NCBI GenBank assembly: GCA_964016885.1 | Contig: OZ024761.1 | Coordinates: 22,134,001 to 22,198,000 of the forward strand | Direction: 5' to 3' | Origin: Eledone cirrhosa | Lineage: Eukaryota | DNA: 64,000 nt | In this document: one piece after another, positions 27,283 through 40,984 of the stretch | How the letters are laid out: each line of letters starts with the position of its first letter | How positions within the stretch are numbered: the first letter of the stretch is position 1 | Position numbers and translations under genes: made by a program | The notes under the pieces: generated by a model | Databases searched by the model: none | Seen by the model: only the letters and a program-made list of their open reading frames with translations | What the model was told of the DNA's origin: nothing

Positions 27283-27462
27283 TATGAAAAGTTCATAGGC
27301 TGACTATAAAGGAGTGATGCTAGAGCTGTGAAATCTTGCATGGATTAATTTCAACTTTTCTTATTAATAAATGCATTGTCTTTTTCTAAGGACTATGTTG
27401 AAAAATAAACCTCATTTGATCATTCCATGAGAGTATCTTGGTCAGCTTATGAACTCTTTAGC
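27283..27462. mobile_element. Tc1/mariner-like MITE remnant
   Basis: Imperfect TIRs aaaagttcataggctgac / gtcagcttatgaactcttt, in TA context. Confidence 0.5.
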
Positions 27463-27471
27463 AGATTCTTG

Positions 27472-27495
<24 letters not shown>

Positions 27496-27502
<7 letters not shown>

Positions 27503-27559
27503 CGTAGTTAAGAAAGCCACAACAATGCATTGTTGTGGCTTTCTTAACTACGTATTTTA
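27496..27559. repeat. Perfect 64-bp palindrome at the edge of a (TA)n tract
   Basis: taaaatacgtagttaagaaagccacaacaatg|cattgttgtggctttcttaactacgtatttta, followed by a short tail and (TA)n. Confidence 0.85.
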
Positions 27560-29884
27560 CACATCTCACAATGCTTCAAGCAAACTTTAACACCCTCATA
27601 TATATATATATACACTGTAAAGTGGTCGTGTATGTGTCATGACAAAAAGCACCCAGTCCACACTGTAAAGTGGTCGTGCAGGCGACACGGCAAGAAGCAC
27701 CCAGCACTCACTGTAAATGTGGTTGGTGTTAGGAAGGGTATCCAAGCCAAATCAGTTCTGTGTGAGCAAATCACGGTCCCCCAACCTGATCCCTCACAAA
27801 GGGACAGCTCGTCCTACCCATGCTAGTGTGGAAGATGGACGTTAAACGATGTTGATGATGATGATGATGATATATATATGTGTGTGTGTATGTATATATA
27901 TATAATAATAATTGTTTCTACTTTAGGCACAAGGCCAGCAATTACCCAGTACATGACTGGTACTTTATTTTATCAACCCCGTAAAGATGAAAGGCAAAGT
28001 TAACCTCGGCGGGATTTGAACTCAGAATGGAAAGGGCCGTAACTCTATGCGTCAAAGCATGGCGTCCGACCCTCTACCGATACTGCCAATCCACCGCCCT
28101 TATAATAATAATGATTTCTTTATTGGCCACATAATAATAATAATAATACAAGGATGATTTGTTAAGCCTTCATTACGTTCATTGATTGGTGACGCACATT
28201 TCGCTATTGATCAGCTCAAGGTTCAATCTCTATTGATCTGGCCCGACTCTGGAATCAATACATATATATATATATATATTACCCAATTACACCTCTGGTG
28301 TCACGCAGTAATACAGAAGACTCGACCTCCCATGGGTACAAGCCGAAGCTGAAGCATATAGACAATATGCCCCCACACCCTCCCACTGTTAAGTGGTCGT
28401 GGAGGGGCCACGGTAAAAAAGCACCCAGCACTCACTGTAAATGAGGTTGGTGGGCATCCAGCTGTAGAAATCAAGCCAAAACCAGTTCCCGTATGAGTAA
28501 GACATGGTCAACCGACCGGACACTGCCCACAACAGGACAACGCGTCTAACCCATGCTAGCGTGGAAGAACGGATGTAAAACGGTGATGATGATGATATAT
28601 ATATGTGTGTGTGTGTGTATATACATACATGCGTGTGTGTGATTCTGTATGTGTAAGTAAGGTGGCGAGCTGGCAGCCATTAAAGCCTCTTATTTAAGAT
28701 GGTTCGGTATTTATTCCAGCTCTCTGTTCAAATCCTGCCGAGGTAAACTTTGGCTTTCCTGCTTTCGAGGTCAATAAAATACCAGTCAACTACTGGGGTC
28801 AATTCTACCTCTCTTTCTCTCTCTCTCTCTTCTTCCATTTTTCTCTGGAAGGAATCAACTGTGTTCCAGGGAGAGGGATGGGCTCCACCAGGTATTAAAA
28901 TCGCCAAGCTGCTGTGTGTCGTGATGGCGTCCCTAAGATACAGTCACAGGTTAATAACCCTTCACCTCTTTATGTGTACAAGGGAAAGTACTCGTTGGAT
29001 GAATAGGTTATCTCCCTTGACAATTGAAACGCACGCATACACACATACATACCCCCCCCCCACACACACACGCTTGTATGTGGGCTTTCGTCGGTTACCA
29101 CGACGAATGTTTCAGTTGTTTGATCAATTATACAGCCTGTTCATGAGATTAACATGCAAGCAGCTGAGCTATTCCACAGACACGTGTACCGATAACGTAA
29201 TTCTCAGGGAGATTCAGTATGACACAGTGTGTAACCAGGGTGTCTATAGGACCCTCAAGTACAACCCATTTCCCTCCAGTTTCTACCATATTGTATCAGT
29301 TATTTATTAAACACCTCCCACTGTTTCATATTAACTACATTAATTTACAATAATTAATACTTCTATTATGGATGTATATATGTACGGATGGATGTATATA
29401 TGTATGTATCTATGTATGTATGTATGTATGTATGTGTGTATGTATGTACGGATGGATGTGTGTATGTATGTACGGATGTATGTATGTATGTATGTACGGA
29501 TGTATGTATATATGTACGGATGGATGTATATATGTATGTATCTATGTATATATGTATGTATGTATGTATATATGTATGTATATATATATGTATGTATGTA
29601 CGGATGGATGTGTGTATGTATGTATGTATGTATGTATGTATATATATATGTGTGTATGTATATATGTATGTATATATATATGTATGTATGTACGGATGGA
29701 TGTGTGTATGTATGTTCTTCTGGTTTTATAATTTCACAAATATTTACCAATAGAGAGAGAGTCGGTTTCTAACATAGATACAAGAATCTCTCATTGGAAT
29801 TTACACATCAACTAGGTAGATATGTATGCATGTCTGCATGCATGCATGTGTATATACGTATGTATGTATATATGTACGTGTATG

Positions 29885-30057
29885 GTACCATGGGCCCAGC
29901 ACTATGTGTCAATGATTGTCACAAGTGTAGTGTTTGTACCAGAGTTTTCAAGTCGCTGGTTGGACTAAAAAGTCACACGCGTTCAGCGCATCGGTAGGAG
30001 TTCTCCTACATGGACATAAAGTAGTGGCCGTACTCGAAAACGAGTTGGCAGCCACCA
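29885..30057 (+). mobile_element. RTE/BovB-like LINE 3' end with C2H2-like motif
   Basis: [22 protein letters not shown] followed by a (ATGT)n tail; paralogue at 44983-45320. Confidence 0.7.
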
Positions 30058-30065
30058 TGTACGTG

Positions 30066-30099
<34 letters not shown>

Positions 30100-30685
30100 T
30101 GTATGTGTGTATGTATGTCAGATTATAGAGTTTGGTGCACTTTTAGGCTACGGCCAGCCACACGAACCTGTGACAGATCCTTACCAAGCAATGCCTGTAC
30201 TTTGAAGGTTTTTTTAAGTGGGGAAAGGCCTTGCACCTTGCACTCGACCAATCCCACTCTCTGGGCATCGAAAACTCTACCCGAAAACTGATGCTTCCGA
30301 AGCTGCAGGGGTTTTTCTCAGAGTTTCCCTCTCCTAGAAAGGTGTTGTGACAACAACTGGGGGCCTTTCACTCCCAGGTGGAAATAAAAACAAAAGAATA
30401 AATAAATAAAAAAAAGTACTATTTGGATGGCCGTTCACTCTGCCACGTTCCTCCGCAGAGTTTGCAGCCATCATGTAAGTATGTACACATGGTCCCTTAA
30501 CCCCTGATAGAGTCGTAGGTGTGCTGTAGGGACCTACAGCGGCGTTTCTTGGGCATCTTTAAGCCTGGTGGAGCCCACCCCTCCCCCCAGTACAGCAGAT
30601 GTCTTCCAGAGAAAGATAGAAAGTGAGAGAGAGGAAATGAGAGATAGATATAGAGGAAGAATCTACCCCAGTACATGACTGGTAC

Positions 30686-30806
<121 letters not shown>

Positions 30807-30836
30807 GAAGAATCGACCACAGTACTTGACTGGTAC

Positions 30837-30877
<41 letters not shown>

Positions 30878-30949
30878 CTCATCATCATCATCATCATCGT
30901 TTAACGTCCATATTCCACGCTTGCATGGGTTTGGACTATATATATATAT

Positions 30950-31292
30950 GGAGGCATATGGCTTAGTGGTTAGAGCATTGGCCTTACAATCGAAAGGTTG
31001 TGAGTTCAATTCCCAGACCGGGTGATGTGTTGTTTCCTTGAGCAAGACACTTTATTTCACATTGCTCCAGTTTACTCAGCTGTAGAAATGAGATGATAGG
31101 GACTGGGGTCCCTATCATTCCACTGTAAAGTGGTCGTGGAGGTGCCACGGCAAAAAAGCACCCAGCACTCACTGTAAATGAGGTTGGTGTTAGGAAGGGC
31201 ATCCAGCTGTTGTAATCAAGCCAGAATCAGTTCCCGTCCCACCCTTGCAAGCAGGGAAAAGTGGACGTAAAATGAAATGATGATGATGATGA
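30950..31292 (+). mobile_element. tRNA-derived SINE with CORE-like body and RTE-type tail
   Basis: A box TGGCTTAGTGG and B box GAGTTCAATTC; body ccttgagcaagacactt; 3' end matches the RTE LINE tail plus (GAT)n. Confidence 0.85.
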
Positions 31293-32471
31293 TATATATA
31301 TATATATATATATAGATATATCTTTCTTTATTTATATAGATAGAGATAGAGAGAGGGATAGAAGAATCGGCCCCATTATTAGACTGGTACATTTTTTAGA
31401 GAGGTGGGATGGGGATGGAGTATAAAGCCCCTCAACCAAGTTAAAATGCTCCAATAAATTTGGGTAGTGGGGTGAGAAGAGACCTTGAAAAAGCTGGAAC
31501 TAAATCTATCGACAGTCATCAGTTATTTTATAGAGACCTGGTTAACATCTGTTTGCGTTTTTTTTTGTTTTTTTTTTGATATTTTCAAAGAATATTTTCT
31601 CAGTCCCTGTTACAGGAGTTTTATTTCTGTAGACTTCAGTGAAGTAATGTCATCTGGAAGTTGGATATGGCCAGTTTAACCCTTTAGCATTTACACTACT
31701 CTATATATATTGTTGTATTTTCATGGTAAAAGCTTTATTTCACATAATTATCTCACCTAATATCTCACCTATGTGATTTTGATATTATTTATTTTGAAAA
31801 CAATACCTTAACATCAGTATGAGTGGCCAGTTACGGCCAGTTTGAACAGAAAGAGGTGAGAGAATTTTGACCAGATATGGTCAGTTTTAAATGCTAAATG
31901 GTTAAACAAAAATAACCTAAATAGCTCCACATTTTTTACAGTAAGCCACCCAAAACCACCGCCACCTCCACCACCACCACTACCACCATCACCACTACCA
32001 TCACCACCACCACCACCATCACAGTAGACAATGTTTATTCTAACATGTTCATATTTATCTAAATAGCTTCCACCGTAATTTTATGTAAGAACCTTTTGTA
32101 AGATTTCTCGCTGTCGCCTCCATCATATATATACATGTATGTATATATGTATATATATATATATATATATATGATAATATACATGTATATTATCATATAT
32201 ATATGATAATATACATGTATATATATTATAAAATGAATAAAATAATATGGTCGTGTTATATATATAATGAATATAATGAAATTATTGTGTAAAGTGCTCA
32301 GGTGCACTACAACTCGTCAATATAGTACATAGTTATCAACTCGTCTAAACTATTTTATATATATATAATGTGTATTTATATATATATAGTATATATATAT
32401 AGTATATATATATATATAGTATATATATTAATTCAAAATATTAACAAAATAGATATTCTTGTGATCAAATA

Positions 32472-32538
32472 TATTTTATTATACATATTTCAGAGGTACT
32501 GAGTTAACTTCAACAGTACATCCTCATCAGATAAAATA
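32472..32538 (-). ncRNA. Type I hammerhead ribozyme motif
   Basis: Minus: TATTTTAT-CTGATGA-GGATGTACTG...CAGTACCTCT-GAAA-TATGTATA-ATAAAATA. Confidence 0.78.
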
Positions 32539-32710
32539 CGATGATGCATGACATACCCTGACATGGCAGATGGTTAAGATTCTATTTTGTTAATATTTTG
32601 AATTAATATTAATAACTCCGGAAAACCAGCTTGTTTAGTGCTTCCAATCTATTGTAAAACTCATTCTTTGATTTATTCATTGAACCTTGTTTAACCTTAT
32701 ATATATATAT

Positions 32711-32995
32711 GCAAAAGTTCTATTTAAATTGTTGGGATACAACAAGCAAATATTTTTATAACTGATATAAAGCACTCGACAAGTATTTGGAGTAGATATA
32801 CGATATTAACAAATGGAAACTATATTTATAAAACCATATTTATTTCATTATATATATTTCAAGGATACCAAGTTAATTGTATATATTGTATTTTGTATGA
32901 TGAAGGCATACCATAATTTAACTTGGTATCCTTGAAATATATATAATGAAATAAATATGGTTTTATAAATATAGTTTTCATTTGTTAATATCGTA
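32711..32995. mobile_element. Fold-back element of the same family as 41652-42086, core mutated (ATGATGA)
   Basis: Shared tail and arms. The left arm stops inside stem II. Plus-strand hammerhead remnant at 32889-32952; flanked by (TA)n. Confidence 0.7.
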
Positions 32996-33780
32996 TATAT
33001 ATATATATATATATACATTATATATATAATGTATATATAAAATATGTGTATAAAATCAATTGAATGCAATCATGGTAAGTGGAGTGCTGTGCTTCTCTCT
33101 CTCTCTCTCTCTCTCCCCCTCTATCTATCTATCTATCTCTCTCTCTGTCATAACAAGGTGTAGTTATTATAACTCGACACACTGCTGACAGAACGATGGA
33201 AGGAAGGAAGGAGGGAGAAGATGGAGAAGAAACGAGAAGGTAAAGGTGAGAAAGAGAAGGAGAAGAGAGATAAAGGTGGGGAAGAGAAGGAGAAGATAGA
33301 TGAAGAAAAAAGAAGATGAAAATGGAGAGGAGACAGATATATATTTGAATGTATGAATGAAATGAAGTGTGATGTGATGGAATGGTAAATACAGCAGCAG
33401 CAGTAGCAGCTGTAGCAGGGGGGGGGGGACTAACAGAGAGAGAGAGAGACTAACAGAGTGAGAGAGAGAGACTAACAGAGTGAGAGAGACTAACAGAGAG
33501 AGAGAGAGAGAGAGAGACTAACAGAGACAGAGAGAGAGAGAGACTAACAGACTGAGAGAGAGAGAGAGACTAACAGAGTGAGAGAGACTGAAAGAGAGAG
33601 AGAGAGACTAACAGAGTGAGAGAGACTGAAAGAGACAGAGAGAGAGAGAGACTAACAGAGACTGAAAGAGAGAAAGAGATTTCATCAATAACCTATCAAT
33701 ACAATCATATATTGATATGTGGAATAGGGAGACTATATTGGAAGTATTTGGGGGTAAATATAGGAGATATGTGTCCCTAC

Positions 33781-33873
33781 CGTATGTTCTGAAGGCCAGT
33801 GTGAGAGGGGCTTTGGTTCATATTCCAGGGGCCAAAGACTGCCAAAAGATGAAGAATATGTTCTCCGTTGCAT
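33781..33873 (-). CDS. Candidate alternative first exon upstream of GAR (MQRRTYSSSFGSLWPLEYEPKPLSHWPSEHT)
   Basis: Unique-sequence island with an ATG-initiated 31-codon frame ending at donor ACG|gtaggg. Phase 0 matches the GAR exon acceptor at 27124. Confidence 0.35.
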
Positions 33874-34318
33874 ATCCTGATAGTCCTCCTCCTTCTCTAA
33901 CTCCCCCTTATACTCTTCTCCCCCCTCCACCTCCCTCTCTCTCTCTTCCTCTTCTCCATCTTATGTTAAATATCCTTCCTTATGTGTAATTCTTTTCTCT
34001 TTGATAATAATGTTGTGGTTGTGGTTGTGGTTGTGGTGGTTGTTGTGGTTGTTGGTGTTGTGGTTGTTGTGGTTGTGGTTGTTGGTGTTGTTGGTGTTGT
34101 GGTTGTTGTTGTGGTTGTTGGTGTTGTGGTGGTTGTTGTTGGTGTTGTGGTTGTTGTGGTTGTTGTGGTGGTTGTTGTTACAGTTACATATGTTTCTGTT
34201 TATGTACGTGTCTGCTTATATATACATGTATGTATGTATGTGTGTGTGTGTGTGCATGTATGTATGTGTGTGTGTATACAAGTATATGTGTGAATGTATA
34301 TGCATGCAAGTTTATCAT

Positions 34319-34353
<35 letters not shown>

Positions 34354-34850
34354 CTGTTGCAGTTGTTTATATGTACATGTGTGTGTGTATGTACATGTGT
34401 GTGTGTATGTATGTACATGTGTGTGTGTATGTATACGTGTGTGTGTGTGTGTGTATACATGTGTGTCTGTGTACATGTGTGTGTGTGTATGTGTATATAC
34501 ATGTGTGTGTGTATATACATGTGTGTGTATACATGTGTGTGTGTGTGTATGTATACGTGTGTGTGTATGTGTACATGTGTGTGTATGTATGTATACATGT
34601 GTGTGTGTGTTCTACTTCCTGTTTTGCAAATATTTTCATTTCTTCCATAAAACTTTGTGGAAATAAAATTGATAAAAATAAACATATTGAGAGGGGGCGG
34701 GGGGCGTCGATAAATAAAATACCAGTAAAATACTGGGGTTGATTTTATCGTCTTTCCCCTTCCTTTGTAATTGCTTTTGTACTTTTCATGAATATTTTGC
34801 TAATGTAGTTTGATGTGGTTTGTTAATTTAAATGTTTGTAGTATCTTTAC

Positions 34851-34883
34851 CTGTGGACAGATTGTTGTCAACATTTGTACCAT
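34851..34883 (-). CDS. Candidate alternative first exon upstream of GAR (MVQMLTTICPQ)
   Basis: Strong donor CAG|gtaaag in phase 0, compatible with the GAR exon acceptor. Confidence 0.3.
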
Positions 34884-35239
34884 GAGAGGAAAGACTTGGC
34901 TATTTAATGTGATGCTTTTCACAGAGTTCCTTGTTCCATTACACACACGTATTTCATGACTCACTTCCCTGACATTTGTATATTATTCTATGTACTATAT
35001 GTGCACCTTTGATGAGTTGTAGTGCACCCGAGTACTGTACACAATAATTTCATTATTGTCAGTATCGGTAGAGGGTTGGACGCCATGCTTTCCAGCATAG
35101 TTACGTCCCTTTACGATCTGAGTTCAAATCCCGCCGAGGTTGACTTTATCTTTCATCCTTACGCGGTCGATAAAACAAAGTACCAGTAATGTACTGGGTA
35201 ATTGCTGGCCTTGTGCCTAAAATAGAAACAACTATTATC

Positions 35240-35520
35240 TGTTGGGCTTTTAGAAAACTAGGAGTAGATGGGTGGCTTGTGAGGGCAGTACAAGCCATAG
35301 AGGAGCAGTCAGCAAGGTTAGACTTAACAATGACTAGAGTGAAGAATTTAGCAAACAGGAGAGGAGATTGTGTTGGTATGGAGGGCGACAGCTGTGAAAG
35401 AAGATGCAGGGTGATCAAAGTTGATGGAAGCTATGGAATAGGAAGACCCAAGATGGCCTGGGATGAGGTAATACAAGCTGATCTTATACAATTACACTTC
35501 TCGAAGGTGATGACACAAGC
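35240..35520 (+). mobile_element. Decayed RTE LINE fragment
   Basis: WAFRKLGVDGWLVRAVQA...GRPKMAWDEVIQADL resembles internally deleted RTE sequence. Confidence 0.65.
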
Positions 35521-35570
35521 TCAACATCTCACTCTCTTAATCATTCATCTTTTACTTCCTTCTCATTCTA

Positions 35571-35606
35571 TTGTCTGATGAAGGACTAGTGTCCGAAACA
35601 TAAAGA
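35571..35606 (+). ncRNA. Minimal hammerhead motif, decayed paralogue of 4682-4717
   Basis: TTGT-CTGATGA-AGGAC-tagt-GTCC-GAAAC-ATA-AAGA. Flanks (ttctcattct..., ttcct.cta) are homologous to the 4.7 kb copy. Confidence 0.55.
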
Positions 35607-35740
35607 TTCTTTTCCTACTACACAAAGTATTAAACTAATATATTTGTTCATTGTAATGTGTTGTTTACTTTGTTGTTTCTGTTTACTTTATATATATATA
35701 TATATATATATATAATTAGAAAGTGAACAACACAAAATAT

Positions 35741-36435
35741 ACTGCATCCTTTAAAACCTCCATGGAACAAACTACCTGCATCAGTTGTTAGCTGTCGAGA
35801 CACTGCATCCTTTAAAACTTCCATGGAACACACTACCTGCATCAGTTGTTAGCTGTCGAGACACTGCATCCTTTAAAACCTCCATGGAACACACTACCTG
35901 CATCAGTTGTTAGCTGTCGAGACACTGCATCCTTTAAAACTTCCATGGAACACACTACCTGCATCAGTTGTTAGCTGTCGAGACACTGCATCCTTTAAAA
36001 CCTCCATGGAACAAATACCTGCATCAGTTGTTAGCTGTCGAGACACTGCATCCTTTAAAACCTCCATGGAACAAACTACCTGCATCAGTTGTTAGCTGTC
36101 GAGACACTGCATCCTTTAAAACCTCCATGGAACAAACTACCTGCATCGGTTGTTAGCTGTCAAGACACTGCATCCTTTAAAACCTCCATGGAACAAACTA
36201 CCTACATCAGTTGTTAGCTGTCGAGACACTGCATCCTTTAAAACTTCCATGCTTCCCGAAATTCGCCAACACTACACCTAATGTTCCCCCTCCATACACA
36301 TACACACATGTATATCATGACTCATACACTGTTCATTTTCCTGACATTTGTATATTATTATATGTACTATACATGCACCTTTGATGAGTTGTAGTGCACC
36401 TGAGCACTGTACACAACAATTTCATTATTATTATA
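35741..36435 (+). mobile_element. CR1-like LINE 3' end with a tandemly amplified 61-bp coding segment (about 8 copies)
   Basis: The unit encodes WNKLPASVVSCRDTASFKTS, a CR1/L2-type C-terminus. The 3' tail recurs at about 11275-11525, 32275-32330, 34940-35057 and 39130-39430. Confidence 0.75.
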
Positions 36436-36481
36436 AACTAAGACTTTTTGTACCTCAGTTTTTTGTCTCCTTGAACTATAT

Positions 36482-36608
<127 letters not shown>

Positions 36609-36767
36609 AAGTGTTTGTATGAAGCACTGCGGAATATGTAGTAAAGAGTGTAACATATTGATTGATGGACGGGCAGAGGTATGGTTGGATGGTTAGATAG
36701 ACAGATGGACATGTGTATGTGTATATATATATATATATGTGTGTATATATATGTATATATATATGTA

Positions 36768-36813
<46 letters not shown>

Positions 36814-37178
36814 TATATGTACATATATATATATATGTGTGTGTATATAATATATATATAGAGAGAGAGACAGACGGACAGAGAGAAAAGAGAGAGAGAC
36901 CAAAAGAGAGAGGGTGATAGATAGACAGATAGATAGAGTGATAGATAGACAGATAGATAGAGAGAGAGATAAAGAGATAGAGAGAGATATAACGGTAAGT
37001 TATAGCCAGCCTCTGACAAGTGAACCGTACAAGAAACACTATACTTCACTGTTACAATATTACTACTATATAGTAAATGTAATAGTTATTAGAATGGTGT
37101 TGATGTGACTAAAACTACTACTTATATATGTAAATGTGGTTATAGGTAGCAATAAAACTGACCTATATATATATATAT

Positions 37179-37377
37179 ATAGGAAAAAGTATGACCCCGA
37201 CGGCAGAGCTCAAGCCGTTTCGAGGGCTATTTCTGGACGTCCAGAAATAGCCCTCGAAACGGCTTGAGCTCTGCCGTCGGGGTCATACTTTTTCCTATTT
37301 CCCACTCTAATACCCTAAGTATTGACTACTCTGGTGCGATATGGTCCATCTGGTTCCTTACCACAACTCCTTCATTA
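37179..37377. mobile_element. Perfect 120-bp palindrome plus tail, built from a hammerhead 3' half
   Basis: 37179-37298 is a perfect inverted repeat centred on GAC|GTC and contains GAAACGGC-ttgagctct-GCCGTC (stem III plus GUC). Tail shared with 57239-57430 and 39692-39777; flanked by (TA)n. Confidence 0.75.
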
Positions 37378-37520
37378 TATATATATATATGAAAACAGGG
37401 AGAAAGAGACGATTATGAGGAAGAAAAATATACACTCACATATATATATACACACACGTATATAGAGCTACATCTGGTTAGATTTCTACAGCTGGATGCT
37501 CTTCCTAACGTTAACCACAT

Positions 37521-38100
37521 CTACAGTGTGGACTGGGTGCTGTTTGTTGTGTCACCTACATGACCACTTTACAGTGTGGACTGGGTACTTTTTGTTGTGT
37601 CACCTACACAACCACTTTACAGTGTGGACTGGGTACTTTTTGTTGTGACCCCTACATGACCATTTTACAGTGTGGACTGGGTACTTTTTGTTGTGTCACC
37701 TACATGACCATTTTACAGTGTGGACTGGGTACTTTTTGTTGTGTCACCTACATGACCACTTTACAGAGTGGACTGGGTACTTTTTGTTGTGACACCTACA
37801 TGACCACTTTACAGAGTGGACTGGGTACTTTTTGTTGTGACACCTACATGACCACTTTACAGTGTGGACTGGGTACTTTTTGTTGTGTCACCTACACAAC
37901 CACTTTACAGTGTGGACTGGGTACTTTTTGTTGTGTCACCTACATGACCACTTTACAGTGTGGACTGGGTGTTTTTGTCATGACACCTACATGACCACTT
38001 TACAGTGTGGACTGGGTACTTTTTGTCATGACACCTACATGACCACTTTACAGTGTGGACTGGGTACTTTTTGTCATGACACCTACATGACCACTTTACA
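37521..38100 (+). repeat. 48-bp minisatellite, about 12 copies, derived from a SINE segment
   Basis: Unit ttacagtgtggactgggtactttttgttgtgtcacctacatgaccact. It follows SINE sequence, and a single-copy version lies at about 9198-9255. Confidence 0.92.
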
Positions 38101-38178
38101 GAAACTCCTCATATGTTTTAATATGCAAGTTCGGTAAATATTCAAAGACAGTCTCAGACGTGAACCTGCATATTAAAA

Positions 38179-38268
38179 CATATCTGAGGAGCTTCCGATA
38201 CCAGAGTCAGGTTCGATCATTAATTGATCGTTCCTCGAGCAGACTGATAGTGAAACATATGTAATATG
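38179..38268 (+). ncRNA. Hammerhead motif with long stem II region
   Basis: CATAT-CTGAGGA-(about 60 nt including GATCA-ttaat-TGATC)-GAAA-CATATG-TA-ATATG, with palindromic stem III ACATATGT. Preceded by an inverted copy of its own 5' part (38101-38133). Confidence 0.6.
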
Positions 38269-38321
38269 TAATTAAATATGTATATGATGTAACGCTGGTT
38301 CTTTGTTCCCTTATATATTAA

Positions 38322-38362
<41 letters not shown>

Positions 38363-38588
38363 ACGGACAGAATATGAATGCTGATGTATTCTTATCCCTC
38401 CAAGCATTCTTCTTAAAGAATAAATGTATCGTGAATGAGTAGCCATACTTTACTGTCGTATCAATTGGACTTTGCCTCTAGCAACATCTTTAAGGAGAAT
38501 CATTTTTCTCTTATGAGTCTTATAAGTGCATCTACCTACTGTAGCATATTTATATATATATATATATATATATGTCTACCAACTGTAG

Positions 38589-38651
<63 letters not shown>

Positions 38652-38675
38652 GTATATATATGTCTACCAACTGTA

Positions 38676-38711
<36 letters not shown>

Positions 38712-38764
38712 AAAGCACACCAAAATTGCCTTGGTTGCCCTTGAAATATATATATATATATATA

Positions 38765-38905
<141 letters not shown>

Positions 38906-39089
38906 GGAGGCGCATGGCTTAGTGGTTAGAGCATTGGCCTTGCAATCGAAAGGTTGTGAGTTCAATTCTCAGACTTGCCACCTAAGGAAACTCTTGAGTG
39001 AAACAACGCCGTACGTTAAAACTATCCACAATACAGAGTACTCACAACCTCTAACTGGATTACCTAATACGATAACTTGTTATCTTATC

Positions 39090-39142
<53 letters not shown>

Positions 39143-39436
39143 GAAATTATTGTGTACAGTGCTCAGGTGCACTACAACTCATCAAAGGTGTATGTATAGT
39201 ACATAGAATAATGTACAAATGTCAGGAAAATAAACAGTGTATGAGTCATGATATAATAACAATAACAATAATGTGTACAGTGCCCAGGTGCACCACAACT
39301 CATCAAAAAAGTGCATGTACAGTACATAGGGCAATGCACAAACATCATGATACACACACGTGTGCATGTGTATGGAAGGGGTACATCAGGTGTAGTTTTG
39401 GCGTATTTCGGGAAGCATGAGTGTCTTAAAGGATAT

Positions 39437-39774
39437 AGTAATAATAATAAATTTGAAGACTAAAATCCAAAGAGGGCTCGATAAGGATAAATATATATCA
39501 AATATATAAGAACCCTAGAGCAAAGATTTATTAAAATAACAGATTAAAGTTTAAGCAAAGAATCGCTGCTTTCACCCTTAACGGGATCTTCTGAAACTAA
39601 CAAAGTCAATCTGTAAACGCAGAAGTGAATATTTCAAAAATCGTTGCAACCGGAGGAAGACAGGAAGACGATACTTTGGTTCGTGGAAACGTTCCTATTA
39701 CCCACTCTACTACCCTAAGTATTGAGTACTTTGGTGCGTTATAGTCCATCTGGTTCCTTACCACATTTCCTTCG

Positions 39775-39809
<35 letters not shown>

Positions 39810-40503
39810 CAACATAACACTATAGTGTAATAGGTCACTATATAACACTATAGTGTAATAGGTCACTATATAACACTATAGTGTAATAGGTCACTACATA
39901 ACACTATAGTGTAATAGGTCACTATATAATATAACTGTAACCAATAAACAGATCTACTACATTAGTACTACATAATATATATGACCTATTACACTATAGT
40001 GTTATGTTGTATTCACTATTGAAGCAGAGCATGTTATAGTTTATAGTAATACTATGACTGACCTACAACACTAGACATACTCAATGGTGTTGATAATGAA
40101 TGGGTGTAAAATGATGATGATATATATATATGTATATATATGTATGTATATATGTATGTATGTATATATATGTATGTGTGGGTACTTGTGTGTATATACA
40201 TATGTATGTATGTGTGTGTATGTATGTATGTATGTGTGTGTGTGTGTGTGTACTTGTGTAGTGTGATGTACAGATATTAGGTCAGAATGTGGCCTCATAT
40301 TTGTATAGAGAGAGGAACAGAGGGGGGGGGGGGATAGATAGTAAAGAGGAAGAGGAGATATAAAGAAGTATAGAAACAGAAAGAGAAAGAGGAATAGTAG
40401 ACAGAGAGTGAGGTAGAGGGAGGAAGAGAGAGAGAGAGGGGGGGAGAGATAAATCAATACCAATAAATAAATATATAAAAATGAAAGCTTAAAAAACTAA
40501 CAT

Positions 40504-40536
<33 letters not shown>

Positions 40537-40843
40537 TAAAAGAAAAACAAACATGGTCGACCTTGTGAAGGAGAAAGTTATAGATTGGAAATAATAAGTT
40601 GGTGAGGCAGGGAGTGGTGGTGTTGGTGGTGTGGTGGCGGGTAACAAATGTATATTTGTGTCTTTATGTGGCTTCTGAGTTTCAGAAGATCCCGTTAAGG
40701 GTGAAAGCAGCGATTCTTTGCTTAAACTTTAATCTGGTATTTTAATAAATATTTGCTTTGGGTTCTTATATATTTGATATATATTTATCCTTATCGAGCC
40801 CTCTTTGGATTTTAGTCTTCACGTTTATTATTATTACTATATA
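39437..40843. repeat. Spaced inverted repeat of about 160 bp (39437-39597 / 40679-40843)
   Basis: Reverse-complement match including gaagatcccgttaagggtgaaagcagcgattctttgc. Further fragments of this family at about 23773-23827 and 54353-54443. Confidence 0.75.
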
Positions 40844-40984
40844 TATCATCATCATCATCATCATCGTTTAAAGTCCATCTTCTACACTAGCATGGGTTAG
40901 ACGGTTTTGTGCCACTTGATGCGGGAATGGTCAGGCAGGTTTTCTACAGTTGGATGCCCTTCCTAACACCAACCACTTCATATA

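Noticed and set aside
30950-31022. tRNA-like sequences (also 18530-18600, 38906-38975, 53503-53575)
   Set aside because: These are SINE heads with A/B boxes, mostly continuing into SINE bodies, without a complete acceptor stem.
37560-37994. Cys-rich repeat ORF resembling a metallothionein or keratin-associated protein
   Set aside because: It is the translation of a 48-bp SINE-derived minisatellite.
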